IMG/VR virus record: IMGVR_UViG_3300045116_000460
Coordinates: 1-63,618 of that record
Strand: one strand, 5' to 3'
DNA length: 63,618 nt
Origin: a virus
Taxonomy: Duplodnaviria; Caudoviricetes
Position 1 is the stretch's first letter. Every line of letters begins with the position of its first letter. Position numbers and translations under genes: made by a program. The notes beneath the pieces are model-generated. The model was given only the letters and a program-made list of their open reading frames with translations, searched no databases and was not told where the DNA came from. Of the stretch, positions 57,182 to 63,618 are shown piece after piece.

Positions 57182-58330
57182 TTAAAATTGATACATAACG
57201 ACTGCATCTTCAAAACTATAAAAAGGAGCAGAGTCTTGTATCAATAATTCACCATCCATATAATATGAATTTGTGTTTATTCTCACGTCGTTGAATGGAA
57301 ATATCATGCGATAATTTCCTTCGTTAATAGATACGCTATAATGTCTTTTAGTATTGCTCTCATACTGAATAATATGATCATACATTTCTTCAGCCCAAGT
57401 CAAAGTACCCCAAGTAGAAGCCCTACGTAAAAAATATTTTTGAGGTTTACCATTATATCCACTTACAGCTTTTAATGAATTGTTGTACTCTATATAAAAT
57501 TGTCTAATTTCTTCTTCAACGTGCTCACTATAGACTTTTACATCAGTCAAATCCACAATAGAATTAGTATCAAAAAACGACAAATCGGATAAGCCAAGAT
57601 TATTCGTTGAATCGGCACCAACAAATTCCATTGTCGCATTTATCGGGTCATACACCCTAAAATTAAATGACATTGAATCAAGAACTAATCCGGTATAACC
57701 AAATTGGTATGGCCCTCTATCAATTACTCCAGTAAGACTTATTCCTTGCTCAAAGAATCCACCTACTCGTTCGCGCATGGTCAAAACAATTGATCTTGAT
57801 GCGTCAATTACAGTACCATAAACAAGATCCTTAATCCCGTGTTCTCTTGATACTGTACTTTCTGCTCCTCGCTCAAGTATAGTAAACGTACCGTTTAATG
57901 AAGTTCCCTTAATAAACTCCCCGTTTATTATAACACCATCTACACTATTAAAGTCACCAACATTGGTTTCATTAATGGAAAATGAAGATGTTGAATCTGA
58001 AGTAATTGACGCATCAAGATACCCTATAGCCATCCCCCAAGCATAATTTGACTTTCCAAGAAATTTATATCCAGAAATAACATTTCTTTGGCCAAGAAGA
58101 CACCCTGTTAAATACGACCAAGCTTGATTATTCATCGTCAATTCAGCAATAACCTGACCGCTAACAGTTTCAAATCGACTATTTCTCTTTACTGCCCTTC
58201 CTTTTAGGGCCGCATCTTGAACTTCCCAATTCATATTTTTCTGAAGTCGCTCATTAGAAATATCAATAGTATATGACCGCCCAAAATTCGGAATTCCATA
58301 AGCACTTTCAATATCGAACGTGAGTATCAT
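57182..58330 (-). CDS. tail tube-like minor tail protein
   Basis: E..YG, SLT..IDRG...F.YTG..LDSMSFNF...ATMEFVG, YNNSL resemble tube proteins. Confidence 0.55.
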   Translation of the reverse strand: MILTFDIESAYGIPNFGRSYTIDISNERLQKNMNWEVQDAALKGRAVKRNSRFETVSGQVIAELTMNNQAWSYLTGCLLGQRNVISGYKFLGKSNYAWGMAIGYLDASITSDSTSSFSINETNVGDFNSVDGVIINGEFIKGTSLNGTFTILERGAESTVSREHGIKDLVYGTVIDASRSIVLTMRERVGGFFEQGISLTGVIDRGPYQFGYTGLVLDSMSFNFRVYDPINATMEFVGADSTNNLGLSDLSFFDTNSIVDLTDVKVYSEHVEEEIRQFYIEYNNSLKAVSGYNGKPQKYFLRRASTWGTLTWAEEMYDHIIQYESNTKRHYSVSINEGNYRMIFPFNDVRINTNSYYMDGELLIQDSAPFYSFEDAVVMYQF

Positions 58331-58333
58331 ATA

Positions 58334-61300
58334 TTATCCCAAACGAGTCATATTTTCTCTCTCAAGAGTGCGCCTAAGTTCATCAACAACAGAAGTTGCA
58401 CCAGAAAGAGGATATTTATTTCGCTGACCATCAACAACTAATGTAAGTTCAAATTTAGATGTCGGCTCATTTGGCACCATAGATTCGGGGGCCATAGATG
58501 TTGCTCCACTAACGAGTCCACCAGTTTGATAATGGTGCTTTTCTCGCCTATATTCACCGGCCCGATCTATAGCATCCATGCCTCTTTTACTAATAACAAA
58601 ACTGCCAGCAGGAAGAGAAGTCAATATATTATCTATCCCAGGAGGCCCAGAAAATCGCTGGATCGGGAAATTAGCTGGAACAGAATTCCCTTGGTTTATT
58701 GCTTTCAATGAAGGCAAATACTTATTCGTAATCGATGGAGGCACAAATCCTTCACCAGCCGTAACCTTTGCCAGAGTAGAATGTCTAAAAAATCCACCAA
58801 ACTGAGCTTCGGGAAGATTACCAGTGTTAATCTGGGCTTCAGCCGATTGAACTCTAGCAAGAGCATCTGCTAACTCATCTGCTTTTTGAATTGATTCATC
58901 AAGTGTGTCGATAAAAGTGGTCATTTGGCTATTTACTTCCTTCAGATGTTCGACACTTTCAGAAAATGGCTTCCTTAGCCCCTCAGCAAGTTTAGGAAGA
59001 TCAATATCATAAATGACCCTACCAATATCTTGAAGTATTGTATTATACTCTTTTAAAACTCTCTGAGATTCTTCTAACTTATCTTTTGTTTGCTGTTCTT
59101 TCTCTATTTGAATTTCAAGTCGTCTCTCATAAGAAGAACCCAGTTGTTCCTGCAATGCACGAATCCGGTCTGATGTTTCTTGATGTATCTGAAGAATATT
59201 TTGTTGATGTTCATACTCTCCTATTTCTTCTTGCTTAAGGGCAACCTCTGACATTTTGGCCCTGTCCTGAGCCTGCCGTTGCAATAACTTAATAGAATCC
59301 TCAATATACTTTTCTTCTCTTTGGGCGGCCTGCTCACGCACTTCAGCCGTTCTTCCAATATCAATGGCAATTTTACTTTGTTCATCAGCAAATCGCTGAT
59401 TAAGTTCAAGAGTCTGACTAGTTGCAGTTAACCTCTGTTGAATTAATGGTAGCGATATAGCAAGAGCATTATTGGCTTTTTCTAGAGCCTTTGATTGTTG
59501 ATCCTGTGCAGCATTAAGTTTTTCCCATACTGGAAGTAATTTTTCCTGCCCTGCACCTTCTGCATTAAGCTTCCAATATTCATCTCTAAGCTGCTTAATT
59601 TGAGGTTCAAGTTGATTTACTTGGTCAAGGAACTGACCAGCAGAAGTCGCTCCCAACCCCAATGAATCGCTTAATTGCATAAGTTGTGATGCATTTTCAC
59701 TGCCAAGAGTTGAAATCGAAATCCTCAATTGATCGGTTTTGTAATTTGCATCAATAAGTTCTCTTGAGAATTGTGCAACAGAATCTTGCGCTTTTTTGAA
59801 CCCTTCAGCAGCAGAATTTATTACTTCTTGAGTAAACTTACCAAACTGCTCCATAGTAACGGTAGTATTTTGCATATAAATTCTAAATGTTTGCACATTA
59901 GCATTTAATACATCAAGCTTACCTTGCTCACTCGCTTTTTCCAAATTTATACTCAGGAGTCTGGCCCCTTCACTAGCATCAATCAGCCCTTGTGAAACTT
60001 CTTCTCCTATAGTAAGAGCAGAAAAAACATTCGAAATAGCCTCTATTGAATTTGCAAGCAATTTATTTTGATCGTAAGCTTTTGAAATATTAGCTACATA
60101 ATCTTTAAGTTCTTCCTGGTCAGACTCTATTTCACTACGCAAAGCAGCCTGAGCATCTTCAACTTCAAGGGTTTTATCAATCCACTTATCGATTACTTCA
60201 AAACCCATACGCCAATTTTCACCAAATAAAAACTCCCATAACGGGTCCTTGTTTTCTTGTTTGACCTTGCGAGATAATCCCAATACCTTTCCACTAGCCA
60301 AAACAAGTCTTTCTAACCAATTTACACTATCAGCAACATCTTGAATCATCGTTGCGAACATGCCAGAAAGAGTAGCTATAGATTTAATCAAACCACCACC
60401 ACCAAGAGCGTCAACAACATTTACTATTGAATTCCACAATCTTCTGAATTGTACCTCTGGCGATGACCTAGCTACTTCTGCCATTATTTCTGCCACGCCT
60501 TTAGATTTTGTTCGTAATTCTTCAAGATTGCCAGTCAATTCATCACTATTCAACGCCAATATAGTAAAAGCATCGGCACCACGAGAAGTAAATCTAGTAA
60601 ATGCTTGAGAAAGCCTGTCGGCTTTATCAGGCATATTTTCAAATTCTTTTCCTGCTCGTTGCAAAAACGAAACCAATGGGTCCATTTCAGCAGGATCAAA
60701 AAATGTTTTAAAAGCTTGTTTGACTAGTTCTGGTTGTTTGACTAAACTAGATAACATAATACGAAGTGAACGACCGGCCCGCCCAGATTTGATCATATGG
60801 TCTTCTAATGTGACCAATGTAGCCGTTAATTCATCAAGTCCAACACCAGCAGCTTTTGCAGCAGGAATTGAAAACTTCAACCCATCCCGCAATTCCATTA
60901 GCTCAGCCTGATGTTTATCAAATGCAGTGGCAAGCAGATCAGAAATTTTTGTCATCTTCTCGAACTCTGTAACATTGTCTCGCAGACCTTCTTTTACTGC
61001 CCTAGAAGAATCAGCAAAAACAATATTTCCTTCTGAAGTTCGATACATTGTGTCGCCAAAATTACTCATGAGTCCTGCAAGCAATTTTGTAGTATTTGTA
61101 ACATCATCTTGAGCAGCATCAATCAAATTGAAAGCAGGGCCAAGACCTTCTATAGTTTGCTTCAAACTTAGACCGGCAGAAAGCAATTGATATTCTGCCT
61201 CAGCCACGTCAGCCGCCGATCTTCCGGTTCGAGCCATTTGGTTTGTCATTTCGTCATATGCAATTGTATTTGCAATGGCTCTTTGATTTTCATTTTCAAA

Positions 61301-61846
61301 TGCAGTAGCAACTAGACGTGAAACCTTCACATATTCATTCTGTCTATTTATTAAATCCTGAAATAATTTAACAACTGTTCCAATTGTAGCACCAATTAAT
61401 GCAAAACCTGCCAACCACGTTACGTTATTGGCCACCATTTTACCAAAGCCCTCAGCGGATACACGAGCAGAATTACCAAGTCCTTTAATGAAACCATTCA
61501 AAAGGCCAGCTTTGGCACTAGCATTTTCCATCGAAGCAGCCGATTCGTCAATTACCGTATTATAGTATACAACATCCTTTGAGGCATTTTTGATAGCCTT
61601 ACCTGTAGAATCATATGCGGCCCGTATTTTTCTGAGCCCACCATCGGCTTGCTTGATTTTAGTATTATGAATTTCAACTGCCTTTGAAAGATCGCTCCAT
61701 CCTCTTGGTGAGGCAGGAGCAGCACCAGTATTCAAAGCATGAATAGATGCATTCAGCGAATCAATTTGCGTCTTGACAGAATTGATTGCCTGACTCGCTT
61801 TATTGATGGCCCTAATTTGAAGAATAAGATCTCTTGTTAATGCCAT
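58334..61846 (-). CDS. tail tape measure protein (TP901-like)
   Basis: 1170 aa helical; A.A.YQL.SAG, G..LDE..A....L.D.....G.AG.SLR; follows TAC. Confidence 0.92.
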   Translation of the reverse strand: MALTRDLILQIRAINKASQAINSVKTQIDSLNASIHALNTGAAPASPRGWSDLSKAVEIHNTKIKQADGGLRKIRAAYDSTGKAIKNASKDVVYYNTVIDESAASMENASAKAGLLNGFIKGLGNSARVSAEGFGKMVANNVTWLAGFALIGATIGTVVKLFQDLINRQNEYVKVSRLVATAFENENQRAIANTIAYDEMTNQMARTGRSAADVAEAEYQLLSAGLSLKQTIEGLGPAFNLIDAAQDDVTNTTKLLAGLMSNFGDTMYRTSEGNIVFADSSRAVKEGLRDNVTEFEKMTKISDLLATAFDKHQAELMELRDGLKFSIPAAKAAGVGLDELTATLVTLEDHMIKSGRAGRSLRIMLSSLVKQPELVKQAFKTFFDPAEMDPLVSFLQRAGKEFENMPDKADRLSQAFTRFTSRGADAFTILALNSDELTGNLEELRTKSKGVAEIMAEVARSSPEVQFRRLWNSIVNVVDALGGGGLIKSIATLSGMFATMIQDVADSVNWLERLVLASGKVLGLSRKVKQENKDPLWEFLFGENWRMGFEVIDKWIDKTLEVEDAQAALRSEIESDQEELKDYVANISKAYDQNKLLANSIEAISNVFSALTIGEEVSQGLIDASEGARLLSINLEKASEQGKLDVLNANVQTFRIYMQNTTVTMEQFGKFTQEVINSAAEGFKKAQDSVAQFSRELIDANYKTDQLRISISTLGSENASQLMQLSDSLGLGATSAGQFLDQVNQLEPQIKQLRDEYWKLNAEGAGQEKLLPVWEKLNAAQDQQSKALEKANNALAISLPLIQQRLTATSQTLELNQRFADEQSKIAIDIGRTAEVREQAAQREEKYIEDSIKLLQRQAQDRAKMSEVALKQEEIGEYEHQQNILQIHQETSDRIRALQEQLGSSYERRLEIQIEKEQQTKDKLEESQRVLKEYNTILQDIGRVIYDIDLPKLAEGLRKPFSESVEHLKEVNSQMTTFIDTLDESIQKADELADALARVQSAEAQINTGNLPEAQFGGFFRHSTLAKVTAGEGFVPPSITNKYLPSLKAINQGNSVPANFPIQRFSGPPGIDNILTSLPAGSFVISKRGMDAIDRAGEYRREKHHYQTGGLVSGATSMAPESMVPNEPTSKFELTLVVDGQRNKYPLSGATSVVDELRRTLERENMTRLG

Positions 61847-61878
61847 TTATATGTTTCCCAAAATGCAAAAAAGCAGGG

Positions 61879-62412
61879 CTAACGCCTTCTTACTGCTTTT
61901 GACGTTAAAGAACCCTGCTTTGATTGTGCGCTTTGCTGGTTATGCTTGGGAACTAATTCTTCCCTCGCTTCACCTTGTTCATATAAGACAAATTCTCTAA
62001 GTGCGCTATACCAACTTGTCTCATCGAACAACGAGCATCCAGAAGGTGTAATCCCAACTTTTTCAGACCAATTTACCAGTTTTACGAGATACAGAGCCTC
62101 TGGATCTATTTCATTTAACGGGCATTGAAACAGCCTATACGATTTACCAAGTACAAATTCGAATGGCATCCTAAGAACCATTCGACATTTAGGACATAAC
62201 ATTTTACCAGTGTCTTCACTGATATCCGCTTCGCCGTACTTAATCGTACCATGAGAGGTGCAAAAGCCATCCAAATTTCCTTCACAATTCCTCTTCTTAT
62301 CAAGCCCTTTGCTCTTGCAAAATTCGCAATCCCAAGTATCAGGATTCTCTTTGAGTCTGAGGAAAGCAGCCCAACGGATAGCAAGTCTTAGGGCTGCTTT
62401 TCGTCTTCCCCC
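61879..62412 (-). CDS. tail assembly chaperone frameshift extension (gpGT-like)
   Basis: -1 frame is open from just before GGGGGAA (62412-62406) through LRLAIRW...CEFC... into the listed 131-aa ORF. Confidence 0.75.
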   Translation of the reverse strand, partial: GGRRKAALRLAIRWAAFLRLKENPDTWDCEFCKSKGLDKKRNCEGNLDGFCTSHGTIKYGEADISEDTGKMLCPKCRMVLRMPFEFVLGKSYRLFQCPLNEIDPEALYLVKLVNWSEKVGITPSGCSLFDETSWYSALREFVLYEQGEAREELVPKHNQQSAQSKQGSLTSKAVRRR

Positions 62413-62810
62413 AACTCAGCCTCTCCACGTATTTCATCGGATAATTCCTGCCGAATTGATGCTGGAATTTTATCCAGATTTCGGTCCATTATCCGATCTC
62501 TTCCTTCTTCAGTTTTTTCGATTGCAGGGTCTTCCCATGCAACATCAGTTCCGTCTTCATATTTGAAATTTCTCCATCCAACAAGCCCCTTGCGGAGATG
62601 GAGAATGACCTGTGTACCAGTCAAAAATTGTTCTTTGCGTTGTTTGCCAACGCCTTCACTTCGGAAAAGATTATTTTGGATATCTGCCGATTCTTTAGAG
62701 GAAAGCGGACGTAGCAACCAAATTACCTGTGATTCTTTAGATTCACCTCTTTGGCACTTTGCTACATATTCTACTACTGATCCTGCCTTAACTCCAAAAA
62801 GTTTAACCAT
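62388..62810 (-). CDS. tail assembly chaperone (gpG-like)
   Basis: Between tube and TMP; LVGWRNF motif; slippery site near its end. Confidence 0.8.
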   Translation of the reverse strand: MVKLFGVKAGSVVEYVAKCQRGESKESQVIWLLRPLSSKESADIQNNLFRSEGVGKQRKEQFLTGTQVILHLRKGLVGWRNFKYEDGTDVAWEDPAIEKTEEGRDRIMDRNLDKIPASIRQELSDEIRGEAELGEDEKQP

Positions 62811-62890
62811 GTTATCTCTCCTTCTACATTAGTTGCCACATTTAACCTATTGATTTACTTACATTTTTTATATATCTTTGCTTCTTACCT

Positions 62891-62928
62891 TTGCGCATAT
62901 CTTAGCATACTCATGCGCAATTTGTCAA
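62891..62928 (-). promoter_or_regulatory. sigma70-like promoter overlapped by an inverted repeat
   Basis: Minus strand TTGACA-N18-TAAGAT with TGn; TTGCGCAT-N14-ATGCGCAA brackets the -10. Confidence 0.6.
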
Positions 62929-62938
62929 GCCACTCTTT

Positions 62939-62973
62939 AAAAAAGGTATTGGGGGCCGAAGCCCCCATAACCT
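62939..62973 (-). terminator. intrinsic terminator after tail tube gene
   Basis: GGGGGC-TTCG-GCCCCC with extended stem and T tract on the minus strand. Confidence 0.85.
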
Positions 62974-62981
62974 AACAAATA

Positions 62982-63617
62982 TTATAAATAGGCAAGACTA
63001 TTAACGATTGTCAACCTCAATTCAGGAATATTATTAACATCGTCATACATAGCAACATAAGGCATATCGACTGTAATAATACCCTCATCGGCAATCGTAG
63101 GTGTGGTACCATTAAACTCAATATTTGGTTGACGAATTGCTAAAGAATATTGAGTCAAACTATTACCCAGGATAGTATCAGAGATGTAGGTATCAGACGT
63201 AAACGTCATGACAAGATTTCCTGCCGTTCCATTAACAAATCTCCGATACAAATCAAGGTTATCAAACTCAACATTCACTGAACCTTCAACTGATCGCTTT
63301 TGCTCAGGAAGAGAAGCCCTTGTCCTATAACCAAGATGATATTTCTCACCATACAGATTGTTATTGAGAGTACAATTCCAACCCATAATAGGCTGAGAAG
63401 AACCATCAACAGTAAGTGCTCCATCAAATCCAGCAAACGGATCAAGAGTTGGATATGAAGCAGATTCAGCGAGTTTAAATGAACTAATCGTCCATTGATC
63501 ACCAGACTGCAAAGCAGTATTATCAGGGAAGAAAATTGTGAATTTCGTATCAACATTACTAGCTACACGGACTTCTGTTGCGAGGGTGGAAGACGTAGTA
63601 TAGGTATCACCCCAAGT
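62982..63617 (-). CDS. major tail tube protein (5' end outside window)
   Basis: Frame open to window edge; LNNNL, R.VEGS...EF, F.GTTP; followed by terminator, TAC, TMP. Confidence 0.8.
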   Translation of the reverse strand, partial: TWGDTYTTSSTLATEVRVASNVDTKFTIFFPDNTALQSGDQWTISSFKLAESASYPTLDPFAGFDGALTVDGSSQPIMGWNCTLNNNLYGEKYHLGYRTRASLPEQKRSVEGSVNVEFDNLDLYRRFVNGTAGNLVMTFTSDTYISDTILGNSLTQYSLAIRQPNIEFNGTTPTIADEGIITVDMPYVAMYDDVNNIPELRLTIVNSLAYL

Positions 63618-63618
63618 A

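Noticed and set aside
62115-62384. 89-aa in-frame ORF after the TAC stop (stop-codon read-through)
   Set aside because: The -1 frame carries the plausible conserved motifs and a known slippery site; this frame looks like a shadow ORF
451-63618. Many short antisense or nested ORFs in the six-frame track
   Set aside because: They overlap well-supported genes and lack RBS or motifs
451-63618. Alternative genetic code
   Set aside because: Core genes are full length and densely packed under code 11, with TAA, TAG and TGA all used as stops
1-63618. tRNA, rRNA or structured ncRNA genes
   Set aside because: None recognised by eye; intergenic gaps are short. A tRNAscan/Infernal run would be needed to exclude them

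Overview
This window is about 64 kb of a large, AT-rich tailed dsDNA phage genome (siphovirus-like tail module) with two convergent arms that meet at a bidirectional terminator near 39.7 kb. The + arm (0.45-39.5 kb) carries early/replication genes: MoxR-type AAA+/VWA pair, sigma-like protein, SF2 helicase, thymidylate synthase, DnaC-like loader, DnaB helicase, primase, class II RNR, DnaE, SSB, RecA, Mre11/Rad50 and RuvC. It also holds a GC-richer island of small paralogous genes ending in a DNA methyltransferase. The - arm (39.7-63.6 kb) carries tail tube, frameshifted tail assembly chaperone, tape measure and tail-tip genes. These run directly into a seven-gene glycosyltransferase/methyltransferase/radical-SAM cassette, the strongest candidate for an undescribed system (virion or surface glycan decoration, including a degenerate B12-radical-SAM protein). 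Other highlights are a GT9-methyltransferase fusion inside the replisome operon, five strict sigma54 (-24/-12) motifs all on the early strand, a 4 x 21-bp repeat resembling mis-spaced sigma54 sites, and repeated gene-junction sequences in the island. The host is probably an anaerobic, sigma54-rich bacterium such as Desulfobacterota (inference only). All family calls come from motif recognition by eye; no database searches were run.
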